Source of the DNA: Octopus sinensis | Taxonomy: Eukaryota | DNA: 64,000 nucleotides | Direction of reading: 5' to 3' | Assembly: GCF_006345805.1 (NCBI RefSeq) | Contig: NC_043005.1 | Coordinates: forward strand, 12,772,001 to 12,836,000 | Shown: one piece after another, positions 1 through 11,951 of the stretch | Layout of the letters: each line of letters starts with the position of its first letter | Numbering within the stretch: position 1 is the first letter of the stretch | Program-made: the position numbers and the translations under genes | The notes under the pieces: generated by a model | Seen by the model: only the letters and a program-made list of their open reading frames with translations | Told to the model about the DNA's origin: nothing | Databases searched by the model: none

Positions 1-446
1 TGTGCATGTGTGTCTACATGTTTATATGTTTCAGTTATATGTGTATTTATATATAGAGATAGATATATACATATATACATATATATATATATATTGATAT
101 AGATATAGATATATATACATATATATACATATATATGTAGACATAGATATGCCTATATATGTATATATATATATACATACATACATACATACACACACAT
201 ACAAACATACATACACACACACATACATACATACATACATACATATATAGAGAAACGCGCACACAGACACATGCACACATACATATATATACTTGTGTAT
301 ATGCATGCATACACACACGTACACACATTCATACATACATATATATTTGTATATACATGCATACACATACACACACAGATATTTATTTATGTGTGTGTGT
401 GTGTGAGTCCATATTAATATATATATATAATATATATATATATAAC

Positions 447-540
<94 letters not shown>

Positions 541-600
541 TGTGTGTGTGTATGAGTGTATATATATGTGTGTGTATATATATATGCACACACACCCACA
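1..600. repeat. Compound (TA)n/(CA)n/(TACA)n microsatellite
   Basis: Direct reading; explains the Y/I/H/T/C/V-rich ORFs in this interval. Confidence 0.95.
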
Positions 601-1149
601 CACATATTTGCCCTTGTGACTCATGACAGTTGCTACATTTAACTTCAGCTGAATTGTTGAACATCAATATTCTCAACAGATTTGCAAAAACCTAGTGATA
701 ATGTTTTTGTTTTTGTTTTTTGTTGTTTTTTTTCTGTATGTGTCTCTTGTGTTTTTTTCTTTTCATCTTTTATATTATTTGTATTTTTTTTTATTTTCCA
801 GAAACTTCTGCTGCATATATAGCAAAATGAATTCATACTACTTTTCTGCACACATTTTATATATTTTCAGATTTGTCTTCCTTGAAAATCCCAGCAGAAA
901 CTCATTAAAGACTCGCCAGAAACATTTTTTTTTTTTTTTTTTTTTTTTTGCTGATTCTGTTAAAAGATCAATCAAGTTTTGAATCTAATTCTTTCTTTTT
1001 TTTTCTTTATATATTACTTGATTTTTCACATATATTTATCCGTATTTTTTTTCTATTTTTTTTTGGTATTTTTACATTTCATATGAAGTGATATTCTTTC
1101 TTGCAAGTTTCTCATATTTAGCATTTCCTCGACTTTTTTTCTCCCCTTG

Positions 1150-1186
<37 letters not shown>

Positions 1187-1874
1187 ATCTTCTTTCTTTC
1201 TTACTCTCTCTCTCTCTTTATCTTCTTTCTTTCTTACTCTCTCGCTCTCACTCTCCCTCTCACACACACACTCTCTCTATCTATCTATCTATCTATCTCT
1301 GAGGTACTATGTGGTACACTTGTACTCAAAAGCATATACACCTATACACCTACACAATTATAGACTGCATCTCATTATTTCCCGCCTAAATGAATCTCTG
1401 TTTTTCTTCATCGCCGCCTATCATTTAAAAAAAATAAAGCAATAGCTTGCTACGTGTAAAATACAACATTCTTCCATAAGACGTGTCCATTGCCATTTTT
1501 CATTCGCAATGACAAATGCAGAATTTATCTCAGCTCGACGTGGAGTAACAGAAGCCAAACCAGTATCTGGAGTGAAATACACGTATCTTCATTGATTATT
1601 GAGGGCAAAATGGGGCTGAGTCCATCGTTATTTGCAGATTCTCTCACTTTGGTGTTATGTTTGCCTAGCCCGAGTATCTGTAGGTTAATATACACAAGAA
1701 AATGTCGGCGGGGAGCAAAAGTGTGGTCTGGTTCAAATGTAATTGTGTGAATTCAGCTAAAGAAAAACTACGAAAAAGTAAGTTGTTAAACTGGGAATTA
1801 TATTAGATCTACCACACAACTTATGAGAAAGTTAGTAATAAACTAATCGCAAGACAGAGTGAGGAGTATCCCGT

Positions 1875-2200
1875 AATCAAAGCCATGACGGAGATGGGGC
1901 GAATTGCCTCTATCGAGGCAGATTTTTCTTATTTTCTTTTTGATATAATTTGTCGCGCTGGACAGAACAAGCTGAGGACTCCATCAGGGAAAGGTCTATA
2001 TTCCAGAACAAATAGATACGCCCAAGTGTGACATAGCAGCAGTTAGAAGGGAAGAGGTCTACATCTGTTAAAATCAGAGACAAAATGTGGGTGAAACCAC
2101 CAAATGCTCGGTGCACAACTCAGTGGGAGAAAAGGAGGGTGACTGCAGTTAACACTTGGAATAGCATATATCTGTGGACGAAAGGCCGCGTCAGATCTGA
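1875..2200 (+). mobile_element. Gypsy-type LTR retrotransposon integrase C-terminal remnant
   Basis: Translation with stops gives VIKAMTEMGRIASIEA...F*YNLSR...SIF...KIRDKMWVKPPNARCTTQW, resembling the Ty3/Gypsy integrase tail (IKAMAE..ISPIEAVFWYN...GDEVWVKPP.ARCTTQW) as recalled. Confidence 0.55.
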
Positions 2201-3744
2201 TGACGAACAAGAGGGAGAGGTCAAACTCGTGATCTTACGAAGGTCGCAAAGAGAGCATTGCCCAACCACATAGGTACTTGATGACTTTGCAATGGAATAG
2301 AAGAGCAGTGTGAAAGAATGATGAAGGGAGACGTCAGGACCAGAAGCGAGAGGAAGTGACGTCATTTCCAGAAGCAGGGCATTTGAATTGCGACTTCCTT
2401 CGTCAGGATGTTTAGAGAAACAGACGCATAGAGGGAATCTCAAAGGTTGAGTAGTTACTGGCCATAAATTGGGGTAGTAGTCGCGTGAAAATACGTCTAA
2501 CGAGTTCTTCAGATCCTTGTGAAATGGGGCTGTGTACCCAGAGGTAAAAGCATTCGTATTTTGGTCCGTCTTTCTTTATAAAATGGCATTAGAGTAGCCA
2601 AGTCTTGAATGCACTAAAAATAGAAGAGAGAGAAAAATAGAATTCTTTTGTTCCACTGCTTCTATTTTTCTCTCTCTTCTCTTCCCAAGTAAGGTCAGAC
2701 TGCTCGCTCTCCTTTTGGGTCTGACCGTGGTCCGTGCAACATCGATATTCTTCCCTGTGTTTGTGAAATTTTCGTGTCTCTGCCATAAGGCTTCATTTCC
2801 CCAGTCGAAAGACACCTGTCGTTATGTCCTGTTATTATTATTTTTTCTTAGCTTAGTTCTTCCTTGGGGCTGGCCAGATTGGAGCAATCTCAAGATTAAT
2901 CAGCCGAAATTGCGAGGATGATCTGGTTCTTGACTGAGAATAGAAACCTTCGAATGACCCGTCCTTGTTTTTTTGTATCGTCTATCTGGCTGTTTTGTTG
3001 TCCCTTTTTTACCATCTAGTTGTCTGGATGTTTTGCGTTCTTGTCCCATTTTATATTATATATATATATATATTATATACGTTTTTATTATTATTTTTTG
3101 CAATTTACTTAATCTTTGACATTTTACTGTTATTTTAATTTTAATTTTTCTATTATATGTAATTTTCAAGATGATGTAATTTAATTGTTCATTTTGAATT
3201 GATAAAAGGTGTTTTTTTTCTAATTCTTTATATATATATTATATTGTGTGAAATTTGATTTAGTATTTCTAAATTGAATTTTTTTCCTTGTAAGTTTGGA
3301 CTTTATTCTCTCAAATAATAATTATATATATATAAATATCTTCCAAACTTTTTGTTATTCTAATATTCTCAAAGAAAATGTAGTGTCAGTAGACAAGACT
3401 TGTCTTGCAGGAGTCATTATTATTGTAATAAATACATGTAATAACTTCCTGACCTTTTCACACAACAATTACTTAGATGCTGAGTCAAGAAAAGACAAGT
3501 ATCAAATAGTTTATTCATGTCTAGATCTTTCAATAATTAATTTCTGATGGTAGAGACAGAAAGATGATACTTTCATTACGATTCCTCACTCACTTCGTTC
3601 TGTGAAGAAACATCAAACCAAGCGACTTGATAACGACATCACAAAATATTTCCGAATTAAGCATCGTTCGGTTAATCGAAGTGAAGTATAGCTGATTTCT
3701 TTCATCACAAAAATAAACTTTTATTTATTTAACTAATTATTTAT

Positions 3745-3798
3745 TCAGCTTTGTTTCGACTGCAAGAATTTGCTTGAGCAAGGCATCATCAGGGTCTC
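3745..3798 (-). ncRNA. Degenerate hammerhead-like motif (Penelope-type terminus)
   Basis: Minus strand reads CC-CTGATGA-TGCCTTGCTCAAGCAA...GT-CGAAAC followed by AATAAA-rich sequence. Stems I and III are poor. Confidence 0.3.
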
Positions 3799-3960
3799 CA
3801 AAACTGGTGCTTTGAATCGGGGAGGGTAGATGTGAAGGCAGTTGTTATGGTGCAGAGTTGGTTACTGTCAAGTTTGTAACTTATTTAGCATGTATTCATT
3901 ATTTATATTATTTACATTATTTATATTCGATAGATATTTGTCTTCATTTTGTTTGTTGTT

Positions 3961-4026
3961 AACACAACGTTTCGGCTGATAAGCCCTCCAGCCGTCTGAT
4001 ATACTTTCCAGCCATCATGAGATGTC
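3961..4026 (-). ncRNA. Degenerate minimal hammerhead with duplicated stem II
   Basis: Minus strand GACAT-CTCATGA-T-GGCTG...(20-nt duplication)...CAGCC-GAAAC-GTT-GTGTT. Palindromic ACGT stem III; core G5 is mutated to C. Confidence 0.4.
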
Positions 4027-4104
4027 TTGGGGAAATTTCGAACCTAGGTTCTCATTCCTAAGGTATTTTTCGATATTATTATTATTATTATTTATTATTT
4101 ATTA

Positions 4105-4164
<60 letters not shown>

Positions 4165-4245
4165 GTATGCCACGGGCATATGCCGTAGTAGTTCAGAGCG
4201 CGGGTCACTAACCCCAAGATCTGAAATAGGAAAGGGGACATTATA

Positions 4246-5509
4246 TTGGGTGATCCCATGACAAAAATGTGGTTTTTGATACTTCTCTTAATTTTTCAAA
4301 ATTAAGATAAACAAAATTATCTTTTAATCTAAAATATACTCTACTTCATTTTCTACAATGTTCTTTCGTCTATCTTGTAGACTTTCAAGGCCTCTCTTCC
4401 AAAATTCACATGTCTGTGACGAAAATTACTCCTCCAGTACTGTTTTGACTTCGTCTACAGAATTCATATTTTTTCCGTTAAAATGATTTTGAAGACTGCA
4501 GAATAAATGATAATCAGATGAAGCAATGTCCGGCGAATATGGTGGTTGGGGTATCATTTCCCATCCAAACTGCTCCAGCCTTTCGAATGTCATCCTCGCT
4601 GTATGTGGCCGAGCATTATCCGGATGGAAGAACACTTTTCGTCTTGAAACCAAAGATGGTCGTTTTCCTTCTAGCATTGACTTAAGCTGCTCAAGCTGCT
4701 CGCAGTAGATCTCCTTTGTTATCGCTTGGTTTGGATTTAAAAGTCTAAAATGGACTAAACTTTTCATATTCCATCAAACAGATAGTAGCACCATATGTGG
4801 GTGAGGACCTTCTTTAGCCTGGTATACCGGTGTTTCTCATTTCCCTACCCACTGTCTTCGGAGCTTGACATTTTTATAGAGAACCTATTTCTCGTCACCA
4901 GTTCTATTCGGTCCAAAATAGATTCATTCATGAGACGACAGAGTAATGAAGAGCGCGGTTAGACTCGGACGTTTGTGAGGAACCCATTGACCCAATCTGC
5001 TGACTGTTTCGACGGCACGCGTGTGCCGATGAATGGTTGAATGACCAAATCCAAGCTTCTCTACTAGTTCCTCTACAGTTACGATGAGATTTTGTTCCAC
5101 CAGGGTTTGCAGGATGTCTTCGTCGAGCTCTACAGATCTAGAACGAGGCTCGTCTTCTAGGCTAAGTTTCCGGCTCGGAATTTCTGAACCACCGTTGACA
5201 CTGGCTTGCGCTTATTGTCCAATCCCCATATACTGCATTAATATTCCTCGCACTTTCCGTTGTGTATTTGCATTTATTGAACTCATAAAACAAAATATGC
5301 TAAATATGTTCCTTTATCACTTCCATTATAGCTTTGAAAATATATCTGTCAAAATCGAACTGCACTCTTCAAAACTTGCACTAAGAATAAATACAAGGTA
5401 AAATTAATACCTGCTTTTATAGCAAGTTGATGCAGGTAGTTTATGCCATCCCCCTCCAACTTTCATTTTATAGAATCGAAAAAACCGCTTAATTTATGGG
5501 ATGACCTAA
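4246..5509 (-). mobile_element. Full-length decayed mariner (Tc1/mariner, DD34D-type) transposon
   Basis: Imperfect TIRs TTGGGTGATCCCATGA and TTAGGTCATCCCATAA, each flanked by TA; total 1264 bp. Confidence 0.9.
4324..5326 (-). pseudogene. Mariner transposase, disrupted by stops and frameshifts
   Basis: Segments MEVIKEHI*HILFYEF, QCQRWF, WVPHK, TGDEK, HPDNARPH, PPYSPDIASSDYHLF and NEVEYILD* occur in the expected order. Confidence 0.9.
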
Positions 5510-6189
5510 TATAATGTAATCCGACGTTACCTTAGAAGAAACTGCTCCATTTAAACTCGTCGCAGTTAAGCAACAATATATAATAAACAATGAAAGAAAA
5601 TGTCTATCATGTAATAAGATGTATAGACAGTAGACTACTTCAAGGATAAGTAATCTGTTCATAACCTGTGTACTCGGCAGCAGCTTTTTCTAATATACAC
5701 ACCTGAAAATATCGTAGAATTTGGTACAAGTAATTGTTCTACCGTTTAAGGATTAATCATTTGGATGGCCAGGTAGTATCGTTATTGATATTCCTAAGAT
5801 TGTCTGCGGTTTTGCATCTTTCATCCTCATGTCTTCTTCTCCACTATCCCTAATCGATGTTAATATAATTTCGGTTTTGGCCCGCAGCAGCAACAAGCCA
5901 TATATCTGCCCATGTAACGGCAAAATGGCTTTTCCGGCAAATTTGCTGTACCAAACATTCCATTCTCCGTTTGAAGTTTGCAGAGTGAAAGACCTACAAG
6001 TCGCCAGCATTCAACTTTTGATTTGTAGAGAGTTTACCTTCCTCGGCTTCTGCCCTTTCTCTTATCAGCCCGTTCCATGTGTTTTGTGCAAGGATACAGT
6101 CGACTCCTACACAATCTCCTTTTGGCTAAAATACTGAAACATCATATGTCCGGGAAAATTGCTGATAAGTTTATACGCGCCCGTTAAAT

Positions 6190-6588
6190 ATTCTTTCTTT
6201 TCTACTCTAGGCACAAGGCCAGAAAGATTTTGGGAGAGGGCCAGTTGATTAGATCGATCCCAGCACGCAACTGGTACTTAATTCATCGACCCCGAGCGAA
6301 TGAAAGGCAAAGTCGGCCTCGGCGGTAGTTGAACTCAGAACGTAAAGACATACGAAATACCTTTCCTTTACTACCCACAAGGGGCTAAACAAAGAGGACA
6401 AACAAGGAGAGACAAACAGATTAAGTCGATTACATCGACCCCAGTGCGTAACTGGTACTTAATTTATCGACCCTGAAAGGATGAAAGGCAAAGTCGACCA
6501 CGGCGGAATTTGAACTCAGAACGTAACGGCAGACGAAATACGACTACGCATTTCGCCCTGCGTGCTAATGTTTCTGCCAGCTCGCCGC
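6190..6588 (-). mobile_element. SINE family C, head-to-tail dimer
   Basis: tRNA-like head GGCGAGCTGGCAGAAAC...GTTCAAATTCC, central GAGGTCGACTTTGCCTTTCATCC (Nin/Deu-like as recalled), second unit joined at GGTATTTCG. Confidence 0.85.
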
Positions 6589-6719
6589 TTTAAAATATGC
6601 ATATATTAAACTTCGCTGTGTCCAGACAACTCTGTGGCTAAAACACAGAGCTAATCTGCACAAACACTGTTTCAGTACTTTTAACTATTTAATACTTCCT
6701 GCCAGCGAATGTAGGCGAC

Positions 6720-7900
6720 GTGAAATCAAAATCGGACAAGGATTCAAGAACGGTAATTTTCAGCGGATACTCGAGAAGACGGATTAGTTACTAATATAAG
6801 AACTTCTTAATTGCCTCTTCTAACGATATAATTGATAAGCCGGGATCTAAATAGAATACTGCGTTCTTTTACTGTTGTTTGAAGGAGAAACTTTCGTACA
6901 TCTCAGCACACAACTTTCACAACTCAGAAGGAGGTACAGAAAAATTAATTGGCTCGTACCAATACCTGTAAACAATTGCTACACCTTATAAGGATTTTCC
7001 GATGAATCAGAGATATAGAATGACATTTAATAAGGACTGGGTAAAAATTAGCTACATCTATACTTGAAGTATAAAAATAATTTATCATAAAAAATGCCAC
7101 TCAGACATAGTGCTCAAAATATTTCGTGTAAGAAAACTGGAACCTGTTATTTTGCACCTGTTATTCAAGGAGATACCGGTCGTATATGAAATCGAAGCAA
7201 TTATAAGTATACTTGTGTCAAGAATGAATCAAGGAGCATCGCACAAACACGCTTGGGAAGGAAAATTCAAGCAAAGAATATATTAAACAATAACACAATT
7301 TCAAATAAATTTACAGGTGGATATTTGGAAGCACTCCGTCGGTTACGACGACGAGGGTTCCGGTTGATCCGAATCAACGGAACAGCCTGATCGTGAAATT
7401 AACGTGTAAGTGGCTGAGCACTCCACAGACACGTGTACCCTTAACGTAGTTCTCGGGGATATTCAGCGTGACACAGAGAGTGACAAGGCCGGCCCCTTGA
7501 AATACAGGTACAACAGAAACAGGAAGTAAGAGTGAGAGAAAGTTGTGGTGAAAGAGTACAGCAGGGATCACCACCATCCCCTGCCGGAGCCTCGTGAAGC
7601 TTTAGGTGCTTTCGCTCAATAAACACTCACAACACCCGGTCTGGGAATCGAAACCGCGATCCTATGACCGCGAGTCCGCTGCCCTAACCACTGGGCCATT
7701 GCGTCTCCACACAGGTGGATATATATGACACTGGTTAAATAGATTCAGAAGATATGAGAACTCAAAACTGCTTGCCGTAACTAGTTATGGGTTCAAGGAA
7801 GATGCAGACAGGAACCGAAATATTAAAGTTACACAATAATGAAAGCGCAGTGACTGGTTAGGTTTTTAAAAAGTGTGATGACTGCCTAAACACTATAAAG
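6720..7900 (+). mobile_element. Penelope-like element remnant (RT thumb/linker plus GIY-YIG endonuclease), split by a SINE A
   Basis: Segments LKEKLSYIS, RRRYRKINW, KDFPMNQRYRMTFNKDWVKISY, VVYEIEA, EGKFKQRIY and KKCDDCL match the PLE order (RKIIWFNPP; HFP...KIFN.NTVKISYSC; VVY...EG.FKQRY; C..CL). Confidence 0.7.
7325..7710 (-). mobile_element. SINE family A (tRNA-derived)
   Basis: Head GTGGAGACGCAATGGCCCAGTGGTTAGGGCAGCGGACTCG...GGTTTCGATTCC; 12-bp TSD ACAGGTGGATAT at 7313 and 7711. Confidence 0.92.
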
Positions 7901-8033
7901 CTCACCCCGTGACCAATTCAAGTTAGCCTGGTAAAGAATATCCCTCCCCCACACCCACACGTACATGAAAATGAACACGTTCCCTACAGTCTCGCCGATT
8001 ACATAATATTCAATATACAGTTTGATGTGTTTG

Positions 8034-8115
<82 letters not shown>

Positions 8116-8400
8116 AATAAAATAAGATAAGAAGGCTAAGGCAATTTGATATTACTAGGACATTTATGAATAGAAAAATGGTCTTATAGCTGTTTCAGGA
8201 AAATAAATGGTACTCCATCATCAGAGACGAGTTAAAAGAGCTTCAATAGAAGAAATTAGTAGAGTCCTTCCATGACACTTACATAGCCTTACCTGCCTTT
8301 TGGGTCTTCTGGATACCAAAACATCTCATATATATATACATATGTGTGTGAGTTTGTAAATAGTAAGGGGTTGCCCCAAAACGTGTAGGTTTGTGTAAAG

Positions 8401-8448
<48 letters not shown>

Positions 8449-8596
8449 TATATATAATATATAAATATGTGTTGTGTATATATATGTTGGTTTTAAAATA
8501 GTGGTTTTGTCTCGAATTATATTATATAATATTTTACTATAAAATATTAACCCTATCTGATTTTTCCCTGTAATTTATTCATTCCCTAATATTTAT

Positions 8597-8653
<57 letters not shown>

Positions 8654-8704
8654 TATACATATATACATATATATGTATATATGTATGTATGTATTTATAT
8701 ATAT

Positions 8705-11355
8705 GTTTTTTTTTGTTTTTTTTCTCTAGTTTCAGCTCAAAGCTGCGGCTATGCTGATGCACCGCCGTTTTGTGCTACACTGTTATTACGAAGAACCTCG
8801 TCTAATATGTGGCACTTGGTGAAGAATGGAGTTTGATATGGCTACTCTCATTTGCACCTCTTGCCGTGAGGTAGGTTCATCTTGGACTCTTGACAGGAAG
8901 ATGTCCAGCTTTGATTTAAAAACCGCTACATCTACTTTGTGCAAGTTCCTCAGACCCTTTGGGAGAATATTAAAAAGCTGTGGGCCCTTGAAACCCAGGC
9001 TGTTGCAGAAGCTGGTCCTGAAGCGTGATGGCATTGCTGGGATCTTTGGCACTATGCAGTGTCGTCCCGTTCTAGCATTGCTGTAGCTTACAATGCCAAA
9101 ATTTGGCACAATTCCTTCCAGGATCTTCCAGACATATATTACTGCATACCTCTCCCGTCTTCTCTCCAGGGAGTAGAGTCTTAGCTGTTTCAACCTTTCC
9201 CAGTAGCTGAGCTGTTGCAAAGAGACGATCTTCTTTGTGAATCTTCTCTGGATTGCTTCAAGGTCCGCTGTTAATTTTACACTGGCGGGTGACCATAGCT
9301 ATGAGTAGTAATCCAAGCGGCTGAGGACGAATGTCCGCCAGAGGACCATCATGGTTTCCTTATCTCCGGTTCTGAATGTTCTTAGGGTCTACCCAGCCAG
9401 TCGTCTGCACTTTGTCGCCATCCTGGTAATGTGCACGTGGAAAGAGATATCATCCCTACTGTCCATACCCAGGTCCCTCACAGACTTAGGCTCTGGGATT
9501 GAAATTCCCTGTGGACCGGTGTATCCTGTGAGTTTAATATTCAGTTTTGGATGCTGGTAGCGCAGGGCCTGGAATTTTTCAGCATTAAACTGCATATTAT
9601 TACCCTCAGCCCATCTGTAGATTGAGTCCAACTCCTGCTGCAGGTGTGCAACATCGCTGGGGTTCTGCATTTTCTGCGAGACTTTCGTTTCGTCTGCATA
9701 GCTGGCCAGAGTGGCTATCCGGGCATTTGAGGGCATATCTGAGAGGGTCACTATAAAAAGCAGTGGTCCCAAGGCAGTGCCCTGTGGAACACCGCTCACT
9801 ATTTGTGTGTTCATAGAGGTGGCTCCATTAACCACTACTGCCTGACTCCTATCTTTCAGGAAGTCATGTAACCACACTCCAAGTTTTCCAGCTATGCCGA
9901 GGTCATGCAGTTTGTGGCATATCATACGATGATCCACCTTGTCAAAAGCTTTTGCAAAATCAAGGTAGATTACGTCCACATTTGATTTGTTGAGTAACTG
10001 CCTCAACACCCAGTCATAATGTTGTAAGAGCTGGGTCAGGCAGCTCCTACCTGGTCGAAAACCATGCTGGGTATCACTCAGCAAGTTATTTTCCTCAAGG
10101 AATGCGATTAGTTTCTTTCTGACTATTCGTTCCATGACTTTGCTGATGTGTGAAGTCAGAGAGATAGGCCTATAGTTTTTGGCATCTGCTCTGCTTCCCC
10201 CTTTGTGTATTGGGCATATTATTCCCTCTTTCAGCTTGCTTTGCAGTTTGCCATTCGCAAGAAAGCTCTGGAAGAGAATCTTGAGGGGTTTTGCCAGGGC
10301 ATGCTTACACGCTTTGAGGAGGTTGGCTGGGAAACCATCCGGACCAGCAGCTGAGTTTGTGTTCACTTCATCTATGGCTAGTAGGACATCTTCTTCGCTA
10401 ATGTCAATACATTCTATTGTAACCGCCTCGCTGGTTATAGGTGAGGCGGCAAAGAAGTCCACTGGTTCGTTCACTTGTCTGTGTTCCAATGGGGTGGTAA
10501 AGACACTTTTGAACTGGTCATTCAGCATCTCACTGATCTTAGTTGGACTGTCTGTGAGGGATCCATCCTTCTGGAGGAGGGGTCCTATCTTGTAGTGCAC
10601 TAAGACTGTTTCTTTCGCGTAATGAAAGAAGGCCTTTGGGTTTGATTTAATGTTTTTATAACCCAGGCTTCTTTGTCTGCTTTCTCCTTCACATAGGATT
10701 GTTGCAGCCTTTTTTCGATCTCCATCAGGCGGGACGTTTCGCTACTTTTGGGATGTTGGTTGAAACGATTTGCAACCTTCGTCCATCGTCTCATGAAGAT
10801 CTTCCTGTCTCTTGGAATCTTGCTCCTATTTGTTTTGGCCTTGTGCTCTGGGACATATTTCTGGCATTCGGCTTGCACAGAAGACATGAAACATTCTAGT
10901 TTCATGTCAATGTCTGGTGTGGAGAGACATTCCGGCCAGTCCTCTCTGAGGATCTCTTTTTGGATCGATTTCCAATCTGCTTTGTGGAAGTTCAGATTGG
11001 GGAGATTTCGGGTGCTTCCACCATGGCTCCTTTCCCTTCTGTCTGTTCGCAGTATTGCATAGTTTGGTATGTGTACTTCTGCGTCCTCTATATCAGGGTT
11101 GAGGTGAGTTTCCACAAGTGTTATGCATAGGGCTTGATTGCATGCAGTAAGATCTCTCAGGAAAGAAATTTTGTTTCTATTTTGATGCAACAGGCCCCCA
11201 ATATTTAGTAAAAGTATTGGAGTGACGGCTGTGCAGGCGTTAGGGGAGACCATCCCGTGTCTGTTGACTGTGGTGGTCTTGCATAGTGGTGGGCAGGGTT
11301 CCTTCTCTGTGGTTGGTGTAGCCAGGTTAGCTGCCGGACAATTCTTTGCAGCATG
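8705..11355 (-). mobile_element. CR1-group LINE, 5'-truncated, with internal endonuclease deletion
   Basis: EN start (LNIGG, ETHL, RTDRRERSHGG), RT (NYRPISLTS, QHGFR, YLDFAKAFDKVDH, GVPQGTALGPLLF, YADET), C-terminus YWERLKQLRLYSLERRRERY, short 3' UTR and A-rich tail; (TA)n on both sides. Confidence 0.93.
8786..11253 (-). pseudogene. LINE ORF2 (APE endonuclease fragment plus reverse transcriptase)
   Basis: ORFs 9389-10600 and 8786-9220 are in the same frame, separated by two TAG stops; a 1-nt frameshift near 10650-10660 separates the upstream ORF. Confidence 0.9.
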
Positions 11356-11951
11356 TATATATAAATATATTTGTATATATATATAAATATATATATATAT
11401 GTGTTGATATTTAAATTGCGAATAGCCACCTTAATAATTTATGTATATATATATATATATTATCTATGAGACAAATTTGCCATATCAATTACTTCACAAA
11501 TTTCACATCTCAATCACATGACGTACAACCTGTTCGTCTACACCACACTTCATTGTTGATCACCTTACTCATACAAATATGCAAATACATTAACAAGAAT
11601 ATGCAAATAAATAAACAGTAACTGAGAACATAAAAATACTTTGAGGAAAACCAATACAAAATCGTTGTTTCATACTCATACGCAATTTCACATGTGGAAA
11701 ACATCGTGACTTTAATATCGAACAGCAAATTGCATCTGACAGAATGTCACATTTTCCAGAAATTAGTATCGTCTACATTTTGATAATTATTTTTTGTTTC
11801 TTTACTTTTTCCATTGAAAATGCACAATAAATCTACTGAAGAAAAAAACAAGAGGAGAAAACTTTGTCCCTTTTGTTCAAAGTTCCGCTCTCTCCGCAAT
11901 ATTTTCCAAGCCTGTTTGCTGTTATTCTGATCAAACGCCGTTGCAAGAACT

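Noticed and set aside
31-676. ORFs rich in Y/I/H/T/C/V/M (also at 13402, 13847, 16974, 19935, 35539, 40035, 43857, 49890, 50111, 58638)
   Set aside because: They are translations of (TA)n, (CA)n and (TATG)n microsatellites, which lack stop codons.
600-930. Possible splice acceptors (TTTTCCAG, TTTTCAG) and short frames
   Set aside because: No donor or recognisable peptide; the T-rich background explains the acceptor-like motifs.
2622-2680. 21-bp perfect inverted repeat
   Set aside because: The arms are low-complexity GA/TC sequence and are not adjacent to (TA)n.
5753-6137. Overlapping 85-102 aa ORFs; weak similarity to a PLE RT motif (FD.VE.YP) and to a GST-like TWAD
   Set aside because: The similarity is too fragmentary. 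It may be upstream PLE sequence, but this is unsupported without a profile search.
7374-7626. Repeated ORFs MVVIPAVLFHH... and MFIERKHLK... at several loci
   Set aside because: They are incidental frames inside multi-copy SINE A.
7640-7710. tRNA-like sequences (also 12190, 25335, 43703, 54922, 63939)
   Set aside because: They are SINE heads: each continues into a shared body with TSDs and has no complete acceptor stem.
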